Numbered from the stretch's first letter, positions 27,509-37,293 are shown. The stretch is DNA of 64,000 bases from an uncultured Candidatus Actinomarina sp. (GCA_902628045.1 CACOLU010000003.1:14039-78038), one strand, 5' to 3'. Numbers and translations: made by a program. The notes: generated from the sequence alone by a model not told the origin.

Positions 27509-29028
27509 GTTTTATTTATATAGTTGTAATTTCATTACTTACATTGAGTTCTTGTATCAATTCCATAAGGTGGGAAAGAATTGCACAAAGAGAGCACTAT
27601 ATTTCAGGATATGTTACGAAATTTTACTTTAGGTGGGTTAGGTTAGTCCCATTTAACAATATATATTTTTTTATTGCTTTTGTTTTAGCATTCTTAAGCC
27701 TTTGGTCACCTTATCCAGCAATTGTTTTATCAATTGTCACAATACTTACACCAACTGGTTTAGGTTATAAATATCGAACATCAAAAGTGCAAACAACTGA
27801 AAGGCTGATGAGGTTGAATATAACTTATTATTTATTGATTGTTGTAATTTCTTCTATTTCTCTTTTTATAGGTTATGGCTATTTTCTTGCATTGCTTGTG
27901 AATTTATTTTCATTTTATGTTTACGATCAAGCACTAAGATTGACAAAAAGTTTTGAAAAAAATTCATCACAAAAATATATTGATTCAGCCGAAAAAGCAT
28001 TAAAAATATTTAAAGGACCGATTATTGCAATTACTGGGTCATATTCAAAAACAACTACTAAAAATGTTTTATCTCAAATACTTTCACAACATAATAAAAC
28101 TTTTGCCACACCAGAAAGTTTTAATAATCGATTGGGCATTGCTAAAGCTATAAATGAAAATTTAAAAAAAGAGGATGAATTTGCAATTATTGAAATGGGC
28201 ACCTACGGATTTGGAGAAATACGAGAGATGTGTTCATGGGTAAGGCCTCATATATCCGTCATCACCGGAATTGCCCCTGTTCACTTAGAAAGAATGAAAA
28301 CTTTAGAAAATATACTTGATGCAAAATCTGAAATAGTTGACTTAACTGGTTCTGTGATAATTAATGGTGACGATCCTCTTCTTCTTAGTCAAGCTAGATT
28401 GTGGACTGCTCAAAAAATGGTAATTGACTGCTCAACCACTTACGAGAGAGCAGCAGTATATGTTGACTACAAAAATGAAAAACATCAAATTTTTATTGGA
28501 GGTGATTACATAGGAGAAGTATCTGGTCCAAAAATATTACAATTGTCTATTTCATTATCAGTTGGCGTCATGGTTGCACTTGAGATGGATGTGAAATCTT
28601 ATATTCAAAATATAAATACTTTAGAAAAGACTGATCATAGACAGACAATCTTAAAAGGAAATATGGGACAAACAATTATTGATAATTCTTTTAATTCAAA
28701 CCCAATATCCTGTCTTGCTTCACTTGATGCACTTCAGAATATCGAAACCGATGGAATGAAATACCTCATTACTCCGGGAATGGTTGAGTTAGGCTCAGAA
28801 CAGTTTAGTTATAATTATGAGTTTGCTTACAATGCAAGTGAAGTCATAGACGAAGCTTTGGTTGTTGGCTTTACAAATAAAGGTCCTCTAATGCTTGCAT
28901 TTGAGGACAATAATATTCCGGTAAAATATTTTAAGAATAGAGATTTAGCTGTTTCTTATCTAAACTCTGTTGTGAATGAAAATGATGTTGTATTATTTGA
29001 AAACGATTTACCTGACCATCATCCTTAA
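27505..29028 (+). CDS. MurF-like Mur ligase with a polytopic membrane N-terminal region replacing canonical domain 1
   Basis: P-loop GSYSKTTTK at aa 177-185, IIEMGTYGFGEI, ITGIAPVHLERM and DNSFNSNP (the MurF DDSYNANP equivalent). The first ~165 aa contain about four hydrophobic helices. Confidence 0.7.
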   Translation: MSFIYIVVISLLTLSSCINSIRWERIAQREHYISGYVTKFYFRWVRLVPFNNIYFFIAFVLAFLSLWSPYPAIVLSIVTILTPTGLGYKYRTSKVQTTERLMRLNITYYLLIVVISSISLFIGYGYFLALLVNLFSFYVYDQALRLTKSFEKNSSQKYIDSAEKALKIFKGPIIAITGSYSKTTTKNVLSQILSQHNKTFATPESFNNRLGIAKAINENLKKEDEFAIIEMGTYGFGEIREMCSWVRPHISVITGIAPVHLERMKTLENILDAKSEIVDLTGSVIINGDDPLLLSQARLWTAQKMVIDCSTTYERAAVYVDYKNEKHQIFIGGDYIGEVSGPKILQLSISLSVGVMVALEMDVKSYIQNINTLEKTDHRQTILKGNMGQTIIDNSFNSNPISCLASLDALQNIETDGMKYLITPGMVELGSEQFSYNYEFAYNASEVIDEALVVGFTNKGPLMLAFEDNNIPVKYFKNRDLAVSYLNSVVNENDVVLFENDLPDHHP

Positions 29029-29031
29029 ACC

Positions 29032-30114
29032 ATGACTGAATCAATTGCTGTAATATTTGGTGGTCCTTCTGACGAGCATGATATATCTATATTGACTGGT
29101 TTGCAGTCTTCAAGAATTTTATCCAGTAAATATGATGTTCTTAATATATATTGGTCAAAAGAAAATAAATGGTATTTAGTTAAAAATGACCTTGAGTCAA
29201 TAGATTTTGTTGATAATAGCGATATTTTTAAGAATGAATTAACAATAAAGTATGACTCTAAGTCAGGTTTCTACTTAAAAAAGAAAAAAATTACATTTAA
29301 AATTGCAGTGAATGCTTGCCATGGAGGTCCAGGAGAAGATGGAACTCTTCAGAGTTTACTTAGTTTATTAAAAATTAATTACACAGGACCCACATTAACT
29401 ACTTCACAAATAGGAATGGATAAGTTTGTTTTTTATACCTTAATGAAAGAAAGTGGAATACCTGTTTTAGATAAACATTTAGTAAGCATAAATTCTAAGC
29501 CTGATTTTTCTGGACCTTATATTTTAAAACCAAGATTTGGAGGTTCTTCAATTGGGGTAGAGGTTGTTGAGGACTATGAAACAGCTTTAAAACTTACTAG
29601 TAATTCTAGAATTTATAGTCAAGGATCAACAGTAGAGAAATTCCTTGAAAATTCTCACGATTTACTTATTGGAATCAGAACTTACCCAAACTTAGATTTT
29701 TCAGAAATTGAAAAACCAATCAGAACAAGTAATTTTGAGTTATTTTCTTACAATGACAAATATCTTGACAATGGTGGATTAGAGGGATCAAAAAGAGAAC
29801 TACCCGCAAATATTAGCCCAGAAATTCAAACTCAAATTCAAGAGATACTTAAATTATTTGTTAAGCAAATTGAAATAAGAGGAATTTCAAGAGTAGATTT
29901 TTTGTATCACAATGAAAGTTTGTATTTAAACGAAGTTAATACAATTCCTGGAAGTCATGCATTATATCTTTGGCAAAATATTGGAAAAAGTAAATTTGAA
30001 CTTTTAAATGACATGGTAGAAGAGGCCAAAAATAATAATACTCATTGGAGTACAGTTGGTTCTGATGGGGTAGCTCTTAAAAGTGCTAAAGATATTCAAA
30101 GCAAATTAGGTTAA
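29032..30114 (+). CDS. ddl: D-alanine--D-alanine ligase
   Basis: 360 aa. Motifs FGGPSDEHDIS, HGGPGEDGTLQSLL, KPRFGGSSIGV and RVDFLY...EVNTIPG. Confidence 0.9.
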   Translation: MTESIAVIFGGPSDEHDISILTGLQSSRILSSKYDVLNIYWSKENKWYLVKNDLESIDFVDNSDIFKNELTIKYDSKSGFYLKKKKITFKIAVNACHGGPGEDGTLQSLLSLLKINYTGPTLTTSQIGMDKFVFYTLMKESGIPVLDKHLVSINSKPDFSGPYILKPRFGGSSIGVEVVEDYETALKLTSNSRIYSQGSTVEKFLENSHDLLIGIRTYPNLDFSEIEKPIRTSNFELFSYNDKYLDNGGLEGSKRELPANISPEIQTQIQEILKLFVKQIEIRGISRVDFLYHNESLYLNEVNTIPGSHALYLWQNIGKSKFELLNDMVEEAKNNNTHWSTVGSDGVALKSAKDIQSKLG

Positions 30115-30121
30115 TTAATTT

Positions 30122-30757
30122 ATGGTTGGCATTTATTGGGACTGCGACGGAACCCTAATGGATACTGAAACATCGTATGGTTTAGCATGGAAAGAGCACC
30201 TCAGTAATTTTGGACTTAAGATATCTGAAGAGGAAACAAGACAATGGGTAGGTATTGATGATAGATTGGTGCACAGTTTTTATTCGAAGATTATTGATTT
30301 AGAAAATTTTGACAAAACTATGGCATCTCTTGGAAAAATCATAGAGAGCACCTTGAACGAGCAACTTTTGTTTCAAGATGCGAAAACATTACTAGAGGAG
30401 TCTGACAAGAGGGGATGGACGTCTGCGTGTGTTTCAGCAAGTCCTTATGAATTATTAAAAAATAAATTACTAAAGGCAAATATTTATGAATATTTTTCAT
30501 ACGTTATAGGGGGCGATTTAGTTAAAAGAAATAAACCATATCCAGATATATATAATAAAGCAATTAGTGAACTTCAAACTACAAAGAATATAGTCATTGA
30601 AGACAGCCCTCCTGGTATTTCATCTGGAAAGGCATCGGGTACTTTTGTAGTTGCAATTGATAGAGGCATATTTTCAAAAAATGAATTAGACAAAGCAGAC
30701 TTAGTAATTGATAAATTATCAATTGATGTTCTTGAAAAAGTTTTGAATAGCCTTTAA
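30122..30757 (+). CDS. HAD-superfamily phosphatase (beta-phosphoglucomutase-like subfamily IA)
   Basis: 211 aa. DCDGTLMDTE motif I, a Ser/Thr motif II, KPYPDIY and EDSPPG motifs. Confidence 0.8.
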   Translation: MVGIYWDCDGTLMDTETSYGLAWKEHLSNFGLKISEEETRQWVGIDDRLVHSFYSKIIDLENFDKTMASLGKIIESTLNEQLLFQDAKTLLEESDKRGWTSACVSASPYELLKNKLLKANIYEYFSYVIGGDLVKRNKPYPDIYNKAISELQTTKNIVIEDSPPGISSGKASGTFVVAIDRGIFSKNELDKADLVIDKLSIDVLEKVLNSL

Positions 30758-30810
30758 ACATTGATGAAAATCAAAATAAATTACAAAACTGACTTAGGCG
30801 CAAAAATAGA

Positions 30811-31233
30811 CTAAGATAAATTCAATATCAAAACTGGTATTTTTCGTTCTGTTCTTTGCTGATAATTGGAGTATCCTCCTTTATTCATATAATCCATTTT
30901 TGACCACCAATCTTCACGTTCTTCATTGAATATTTCTTTTGCAACTGCTGTATATTTATTTTTTCCAATTTGAATTTCACAGTTTGGATTAGCTTTTAAA
31001 TTATGATACCAACCTGGATTTGTAGGACTTCCACCTTTTGATGCCACTAGGCAAATCTCATCGCCTTCTTTCATGAATACAAGTACATTTTTTCTTAACA
31101 AATTGGTTTTTGCACCGGTTGAGAAAAGAATTAAACAAGGACGACCTTGTAGAAATTTTCCTATTCTTCCATTTGAGTAGATATAAATATAATTATGAAA
31201 AAACAAAAAAATAAAAATTAAATATCTTCTCAT
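30811..31233 (-). CDS. Deazaflavin (F420)-dependent nitroreductase-family (DDN/FDOR-A) protein
   Basis: GRPCLILFSTGAKTN ... ASKGGSPTNPGWYHNLKANP ... match the DDN family signature. The start is placed at the Met forming an ATGA overlap with the upstream photolyase-like stop (31230-31233). Confidence 0.75.
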   Translation of the reverse strand: MRRYLIFIFLFFHNYIYIYSNGRIGKFLQGRPCLILFSTGAKTNLLRKNVLVFMKEGDEICLVASKGGSPTNPGWYHNLKANPNCEIQIGKNKYTAVAKEIFNEEREDWWSKMDYMNKGGYSNYQQRTERKIPVLILNLS

Positions 31234-32429
31234 AAACTTAACTTTATCTTTTTTCTCCATGAACTAAAACTTGTAGGATAAAAATTAATTGGTTCTGCAA
31301 GTCTTAATGCTGGAAATTCAACTGATGGAATATTTTGTTTTGTGATTTTTTTGTATTTTGGTACTGGTGCAAATGTAGATGCAAAATTTTTATTTTGTAA
31401 ATAGTCTTCAGGATTAGCTAAATAAACCTGTAATTCTCTTTTGCTATTTATTTCTTTTAAACAGTCAATTAAAAAATTTAATCTTTTAGTCGATAATTGT
31501 AATTTACTTAATAATTCCTTATCGAAAATAAAAATTACGGGAAGTTCGTAATAATAACTCATAGCCGGATCACTGTCGCCAATTGATTCACCTGTAATCC
31601 ACACAAATGATGGAGGAGTGCTGTTGTTTTCTTTTATTTCTTTTGGACCAAATACTTTTTGTTCGTCTACTTTAAAATCATGATCTATTTTTCCAGAAAT
31701 ATTAGTATCAGGCCAATCTTGTATGGGGCAGTTATATTTCAATTCACAACCATTACATAACTGTGGTCCTCTCTTTTCAACTTGAAATTTAGAAAATCCA
31801 TATGGCTTTCCCGTTTGAGATCCCATTACCCAATGCCAACCTAATCTGTTTGCAAAACGTGAACCATCAATCAAATGTTGAAACATATAATCCTCATATT
31901 TATTCCAATCATTACCAACTCTTAAAGAATTATGAGATGCAAACCACATTCGCGTTTGATTAACCATGTAACCTGTTTTTTCTAGCTCATCTTCGATTGC
32001 AGTAATACAATTCATATTTTTATAATTATCCGCATTTGAATTAGGTTTTTCTATTTTGTAGTTGAGAAATTTTTTTGATTTTTTACCAATTATTGCGTAC
32101 AAATGTCTTGAAAACTCCTGCCAAAGAAGTTCATCTTGGAATTTAGTTCTATCTTTATATTCAAATTTCTCAACTGCTCGCCATACTTCAGAAAGACTTA
32201 GTAAGCCGTGTCGTATATAAGGTGATAGATAAGATGAACCCCTTGAATTTGTAGGGTATACATTATTCCGTTTTGTAGCGTATTTGTTAATATCTAGCTG
32301 ATTTAATGCATTATCAGCATTTGATTGGCCACCTGACAAAAATGGATAGGTGAAGTCATCGCAACAAAGTCCACTAAAGTATTTTTTTATTATTTCTGCA
32401 TTATCAAGTTGTAGATCAATTAAAGACAT
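31230..32429 (-). CDS. Photolyase/cryptochrome-superfamily protein with inverted domain order (NewPHL-like)
   Basis: aa 1-240 carry FAD-binding-domain motifs: GGQSNADNAL, SYLSPYIRHGLLS, ELLWQEFSRH, GYMVNQTRMWFASH, DGSRFANRLGWHWVMG. aa ~275-399 look like the photolyase alpha/beta domain (FVWITGESIGDSDPA...VIFIFD). Cys141, Cys225, Cys228 and Cys234 form a possible Fe-S pattern. Confidence 0.7.
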   Translation of the reverse strand: MSLIDLQLDNAEIIKKYFSGLCCDDFTYPFLSGGQSNADNALNQLDINKYATKRNNVYPTNSRGSSYLSPYIRHGLLSLSEVWRAVEKFEYKDRTKFQDELLWQEFSRHLYAIIGKKSKKFLNYKIEKPNSNADNYKNMNCITAIEDELEKTGYMVNQTRMWFASHNSLRVGNDWNKYEDYMFQHLIDGSRFANRLGWHWVMGSQTGKPYGFSKFQVEKRGPQLCNGCELKYNCPIQDWPDTNISGKIDHDFKVDEQKVFGPKEIKENNSTPPSFVWITGESIGDSDPAMSYYYELPVIFIFDKELLSKLQLSTKRLNFLIDCLKEINSKRELQVYLANPEDYLQNKNFASTFAPVPKYKKITKQNIPSVEFPALRLAEPINFYPTSFSSWRKKIKLSL

Positions 32430-32438
32430 TAAACGTAT

Positions 32439-32654
32439 TTAGTACTTATCTTGTCCGATTCGTATATTTACAACTGTTAAAACTTCCTCAATATTTTCTA
32501 TATCAAAATTTACTCTCTGCCCCTGCCTTAGTGTTCTAAATATAGATCCTTTTAAGGATCCAGGTGCAAGAAAGACTTCTGTTTTATCAGTGTCTAATAA
32601 AATAATTCCATTACCCGTATTTGGGTCATAAGACTTAACAACACCTTGAGCCAT
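32439..32654 (-). CDS. Cold-shock-domain-like small OB-fold protein
   Basis: 71 aa. GVVKSYDPNTGNGIILLD resembles a divergent CSD N-terminus. TAATG overlap with rpmB. Confidence 0.5.
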   Translation of the reverse strand: MAQGVVKSYDPNTGNGIILLDTDKTEVFLAPGSLKGSIFRTLRQGQRVNFDIENIEEVLTVVNIRIGQDKY

Positions 32655-32890
32655 TAAACTTTTTCGCCTCTACTTCTAATTTCTTTAACTACAGACTCAA
32701 TTCCACGCTTGTCAATTACTTTGTTGCCTTTTGTACTAACTTTAAGCTTTACCCATCTATTTTCACTTGCAAGCCAATATTTTTTAGTTTGAATATTTGG
32801 TTTAAACCATCGATTGTTTCTTTTATGAGAAAAAGATACATGTTTACCTGATCTCGGCTCTCTTCCAGTTACTTGACATCTATTTGACAT
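32654..32890 (-). CDS. rpmB: 50S ribosomal protein L28
   Basis: 78 aa. MSNRCQVTGREPRSGKHVSFSHKRNNRWFKPNIQ is canonical L28. Confidence 0.95.
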   Translation of the reverse strand: MSNRCQVTGREPRSGKHVSFSHKRNNRWFKPNIQTKKYWLASENRWVKLKVSTKGNKVIDKRGIESVVKEIRSRGEKV

Positions 32891-32975
32891 TATATTTTCC
32901 TCTAAATTACATTTATAACTATAACTAATTTATTAATTTGTAGGTACTTTCATTTTAAAACTTTTTAGGTAATGT

Positions 32976-35102
32976 TTGATTGTGGTTGAAAGAAGCTTAA
33001 ATTACTTGGATAATATAAAACTTGATTCTTTAAAGGGATTGGGTGAAAAAAGATATTCAAATCTTAAAAAAAACAACCTTTCTTCTGTTACTGATTTGAT
33101 TAGATATTATCCAAAAAAGCATATTGATAGATCAAAAATAAAGTCAGTTCAGGAAATTGATCAATCAGATATTGAAAAAGATGTAACAATAATTGGTACG
33201 ATAGTAAATGTATCGGTTTTTACAACTAAATCGCGGTTAAGAATAACAACTCTTTCAATAAAAGACAGTACGGGTTCATTAAAAGCGAAGTGGTTTGGTC
33301 CCCAATACATCGAATCTAGGTTTAAGGAGGGCGAAGATGTTGCTATTTCTGGAAAACCCGAAATAAAAAAAAGAGGCTCTATAGAATTTAAAAATCCTAC
33401 AATTGAAAAATTTGCTGATATTGAAGAACTAAGTGAGACAGGATCTTTAATTCCAATGTACCCAAAAGTAGATGGTGTTTCAAGTGGTGTGATTAGAAAA
33501 GCAGTAAAAGACGCATTGGCAATTATAGATATTGCAAAAGAGGAGTTTCAGCCCGGAATTGAAGATATGCTTCCGGATGAGATTGTAAAGAAAAATTCGC
33601 TTTTTACCAGAACTCAAAGCTTTAAATCAATTCATTTTCCTAAAACTATTGAAGAATATCAACAAGCAAGGGAAAGACTTGCACTAGATGAATTTATTTA
33701 CTTACGTTCCATATTTGAAAATTTGAAATCTGAGTTTAAAACTAAAAATAAAGGACCCAAATATAATTTTAAGAATTCATTTGTTGATTCTTTTGTAAAA
33801 GACTTACCCTTCATTCTTACTAAATCACAAGTAAAAGCTTATGAAGAAATCCTTGAAGATTTGAAAAATGATTATCCTATGAAAAGGTTGCTTCAAGGTG
33901 AAGTTGGTTCGGGAAAAACTGTTGTTGCTGCAATTTCAATATATGCTGTCGTAAATTCTGGTTATCAAGTTGCACTTATGGCACCAACAGAAGTATTGGC
34001 TGAACAACATTTGAATTCATTAAATGAGTTTTTAAGAGATACAGATATTGAAATTAATTTTTTAACATCCTCTGTTAAAGATAGGAGCCAAGTCATGAAT
34101 AATATATCTGATGGCAAGCCAGGATTATTTATAGGTACGCATGCTTTAATACAAGATAAAATATACTTTACCAATTTAGGTCTTGTAATTATTGATGAGC
34201 AACAAAGATTTGGAGTTGATCAAAGAAAAAAACTAATTTCAGATTCTCAAATAACTCCTGATCAACTTGTAATGACAGCAACACCAATACCAAGAACTAC
34301 TGCTTTATCTTTATATGGTGATCTTGAAATATCATCAATAAACGAATTACCACCCGGTAGGAAGCCTATTATTTCACATTTATATAGTGGTTTAAAAAAA
34401 GATAATGAGAAAGTTTTCGAAAAATGCGCAAAACACTTAGACGATAATTCACAGATATTTGTAGTTTGTCCATACATAGAAGAGAGCGAATCGTCTGATA
34501 TACAGGCAGCAGAAAAGGTTTTTTTAGAATATTCAAAAAGATTTATGAAATATAACGTTGTTCTTTTGCATGGAAAGATGTCATACGAGCAAAAAGAAAT
34601 GATTATGAGATCAATGCAGGAGGGCTCAATAGATATTCTTGTCTCAACTGTAGTAATAGAGGTAGGTATAGATATTCCAAATGCCACATTAATGATTATT
34701 GAAAGTGCTGAGAGATTTGGCCTTAATCAATTGCACCAACTAAGAGGTAGGGTCGGAAGAGGTGAAAAACAATCAGAGTGTATATTTCATGTTACAAATA
34801 AAAAATCTCTCAACACTATTAATGAAGAAGGCGTAAAAAGACTAGAAGCTATTTCAACAATGAGTGACGGTTTTAAATTATCAGAAATAGATTTAGAAAT
34901 ACGAGGTGAGGGAAAAGTGACAGGTAAGAACCAATCAGGAAGATCAGACTTAAAAATAGCTGATTTACGTTACGATTATGCCCTACTACTTCAATCCAAG
35001 AAAATTTATGATCATATTAGAAGTTCAGAATCGTCAAATAAAGTCTTTGAAGAAGCGAAATTATTATTTCCAAATTATTTTCAAGCAGATGGCACTACAT
35101 GA
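32976..35102 (+). CDS. recG: ATP-dependent DNA helicase RecG
   Basis: 708 aa. Wedge/OB N-terminal domain, GEVGSGKTVVA, DEQQRFGV, TATPIPRT and QLRGRVGRG motifs. TTG start. Confidence 0.95.
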   Translation: MIVVERSLNYLDNIKLDSLKGLGEKRYSNLKKNNLSSVTDLIRYYPKKHIDRSKIKSVQEIDQSDIEKDVTIIGTIVNVSVFTTKSRLRITTLSIKDSTGSLKAKWFGPQYIESRFKEGEDVAISGKPEIKKRGSIEFKNPTIEKFADIEELSETGSLIPMYPKVDGVSSGVIRKAVKDALAIIDIAKEEFQPGIEDMLPDEIVKKNSLFTRTQSFKSIHFPKTIEEYQQARERLALDEFIYLRSIFENLKSEFKTKNKGPKYNFKNSFVDSFVKDLPFILTKSQVKAYEEILEDLKNDYPMKRLLQGEVGSGKTVVAAISIYAVVNSGYQVALMAPTEVLAEQHLNSLNEFLRDTDIEINFLTSSVKDRSQVMNNISDGKPGLFIGTHALIQDKIYFTNLGLVIIDEQQRFGVDQRKKLISDSQITPDQLVMTATPIPRTTALSLYGDLEISSINELPPGRKPIISHLYSGLKKDNEKVFEKCAKHLDDNSQIFVVCPYIEESESSDIQAAEKVFLEYSKRFMKYNVVLLHGKMSYEQKEMIMRSMQEGSIDILVSTVVIEVGIDIPNATLMIIESAERFGLNQLHQLRGRVGRGEKQSECIFHVTNKKSLNTINEEGVKRLEAISTMSDGFKLSEIDLEIRGEGKVTGKNQSGRSDLKIADLRYDYALLLQSKKIYDHIRSSESSNKVFEEAKLLFPNYFQADGTT

Positions 35103-35635
35103 GAGTTTTAGCAGGAACTTACAAGTCTAAAAAGATTGAGACAATTAATAGCCCAGACACAAGGCCAATGATGAGTAAAGTTAGAGAAGCAATTTTTAAT
35201 TCAATCCAGTTCATGATTGAAGAAAAAGATATTCTTGATTTATATTCTGGTTCAGGAAGTTTGGGTATTGAAGCATTGAGTAGGGGTGCAAATTATGTTA
35301 CATTTGTTGATTTTTCTAAAGAATGTATTTTAATTCTTAATAAAAATGTTGAAAATATATCAAATAACTTAAGTATTGTAAATTCATCTGTTAATTCCTT
35401 TATTAAAAATTCTATCAATCAATATGAACTTATTTTTTACGACCCTCCTTTTGAACTTGATACAGAGATCGTGAACGAAGAAATTTTAATCATTGAACAA
35501 ATTTTAATCAATAATGGGCTTTTAATTATTCATAGGCATAAATCTTCGGAAAAAATAAATTTTTCAAAAAATTATGAATTACATAAGGAAAAAAATTACG
35601 GGCAAAGTAAAATTCTTATATTGAGGAGAATATGA
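35099..35635 (+). CDS. rsmD: 16S rRNA (guanine966-N2)-methyltransferase
   Basis: 178 aa. DLYSGSGSLGIEALSRGA SAM motif and DPPF motif. ATGA overlap with recG. Confidence 0.85.
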   Translation: MRVLAGTYKSKKIETINSPDTRPMMSKVREAIFNSIQFMIEEKDILDLYSGSGSLGIEALSRGANYVTFVDFSKECILILNKNVENISNNLSIVNSSVNSFIKNSINQYELIFYDPPFELDTEIVNEEILIIEQILINNGLLIIHRHKSSEKINFSKNYELHKEKNYGQSKILILRRI

Positions 35636-36096
35636 AAATTTTAATTCCTGGTTCATTTGATCCACCTACTAACGGTCACATAGATGTAATCAATAGGTGT
35701 TCTGAAATTTTTAATGAGATTATCGTTGGAGTTGTTGTTAATCCATCAAAGGAGTCATTATTTACACCAGAAGAAAGATCGGAAATGCTTTTAGAAATTT
35801 GTAAAGAAAAAGAAAATGTAAAAGTAAAAAGCTTTGAAGGCCTGTTAGTTGATTTTGCTTCATCAGAATCAGTTAACGCTATTGTCAAAGGACTAAGAGC
35901 AATGACAGATTTTGACTACGAATTTCAAATGGCACAAGCTAATTCAACTTTAAAAGGATATGAAACAATATTTATTCCATCTTCTCCTGAATATGGTTAC
36001 TTATCAAGTTCAATGGTGAAAGAAATTCATTCATATGGTGGAGACATCAAGTCTTTAGTACCTGAATATGTATTAGAGAGAATGAACAATGTCTGA
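35632..36096 (+). CDS. coaD: Phosphopantetheine adenylyltransferase
   Basis: 154 aa. PGSFDPPTNGHIDVI (T/HxGH motif), and SSSMVKE near the C-terminus. Confidence 0.95.
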   Translation: MKILIPGSFDPPTNGHIDVINRCSEIFNEIIVGVVVNPSKESLFTPEERSEMLLEICKEKENVKVKSFEGLLVDFASSESVNAIVKGLRAMTDFDYEFQMAQANSTLKGYETIFIPSSPEYGYLSSSMVKEIHSYGGDIKSLVPEYVLERMNNV

Positions 36097-36586
36097 AGCA
36101 GAAATTAATTTCGAAGATATTGCAAAAGGTAAAGTCAGGATAGATATAGTTGATAAACTAGAAAATTTACGGGCAAGTCTCGAATCAAATTCACTTACTG
36201 GAAGAGTCAATAAAAAAGAAATTATAAACAATATAGATGAAATAATTGACACAATTCCAGTGGAACTTCGAACTGCAAGATGGATTGTCAGAGAGCAGGA
36301 GTCATTTATAAGTAAGGCAAAGGATGAGTCCAAGGAGATTGTTGAAGAAGCAAGGCGTGAATCCGAAAAGTTAATTCAAGAATCTTATGTACTGCAAGAG
36401 GCAGTAGTTGAAGCAAATGCAATAATTAAACAAACTGAGTTAGAAGCTCAATCTTACAGAGCAAATATTGAAGATACTGTAGATAATAAGATGGAGGAAA
36501 TTCAAAGCAAAATTAATCAGTTAATAGATTTTTTGGATAAAGAGAGAACAAAACTCAGGCAACCACGTGATATAGAGAAACCTTAA
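36089..36586 (+). CDS. Conserved coiled-coil protein (ATP-synthase-b/DivIVA-like annotation class)
   Basis: 165 aa, E/K/Q-rich heptad-like sequence. It sits between coaD and the DUF177 gene. Confidence 0.45.
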   Translation: MSEAEINFEDIAKGKVRIDIVDKLENLRASLESNSLTGRVNKKEIINNIDEIIDTIPVELRTARWIVREQESFISKAKDESKEIVEEARRESEKLIQESYVLQEAVVEANAIIKQTELEAQSYRANIEDTVDNKMEEIQSKINQLIDFLDKERTKLRQPRDIEKP

Positions 36587-36587
36587 A

Positions 36588-37085
36588 ATGAAATTAAATA
36601 CCAAAATTAAGTCAATTGACTTGATCTCCTCAAAGGATAAGATATATTTCGATCGCGAAGGTACATTCCCCATCAATTACGGTAATAATGTTATTGATGA
36701 TAATCAGCAAATAAATTTTCACTCGGAAATTGAAATAATTGATGGTAGGCTAACTTGTTTAATTGACATTAATTTTAAATATCAGAGAAATTGCGGTAGA
36801 TGTTTAGAAATTTCAAATACCGATGATATAAATTCATCAACAATAACTTTGAATATTTATGGAGAAAATGATTATGAAATAAATTATGGCGATGAATATT
36901 ATGATTTATCACCTTTTATTTCTGAAATGATTATAGAAAAAATGGATATAAATTATATTTGTGATCAAAAATGTAAGGGACTTTGCTCATTTTGTGGGAT
37001 AAATAAAAATAATTTTAGTTGCAATCATAATGAAAAAAATTCAAAAGAAAGTCCATTTTCTTCTCTAAGTCAGCTAGATTTGTAG
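36588..37085 (+). CDS. yceD: YceD/DUF177 family protein (large-subunit ribosomal accumulation protein)
   Basis: 165 aa. CGRC ... C...CKGLCSFCG cysteine pattern, and the conserved position directly upstream of rpmF. Confidence 0.75.
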   Translation: MKLNTKIKSIDLISSKDKIYFDREGTFPINYGNNVIDDNQQINFHSEIEIIDGRLTCLIDINFKYQRNCGRCLEISNTDDINSSTITLNIYGENDYEINYGDEYYDLSPFISEMIIEKMDINYICDQKCKGLCSFCGINKNNFSCNHNEKNSKESPFSSLSQLDL

Positions 37086-37103
37086 TTTGAAAGGAATATA
37101 ACT

Positions 37104-37286
37104 ATGGCAGTACCAAAGAAAAAAATGTCTAAATCTAGAACTAGACGTAGAAAAGCAACTCATAAAGTTTCAAAACCGCATTTTGTAGTTGACCCAGAGA
37201 CTGGTGTTGCAAAACAGTCGCATAGGGTTAATCCTACAGATGGAACTTATAACGGTCGACAAGTTAAAGAACCAGAAGTAAGCTAA
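37104..37286 (+). CDS. rpmF: 50S ribosomal protein L32
   Basis: 60 aa. MAVPKKKMSKSRTRRRKA is a canonical L32 N-terminus. Confidence 0.95.
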   Translation: MAVPKKKMSKSRTRRRKATHKVSKPHFVVDPETGVAKQSHRVNPTDGTYNGRQVKEPEVS

Positions 37287-37293
37287 AAAAATT

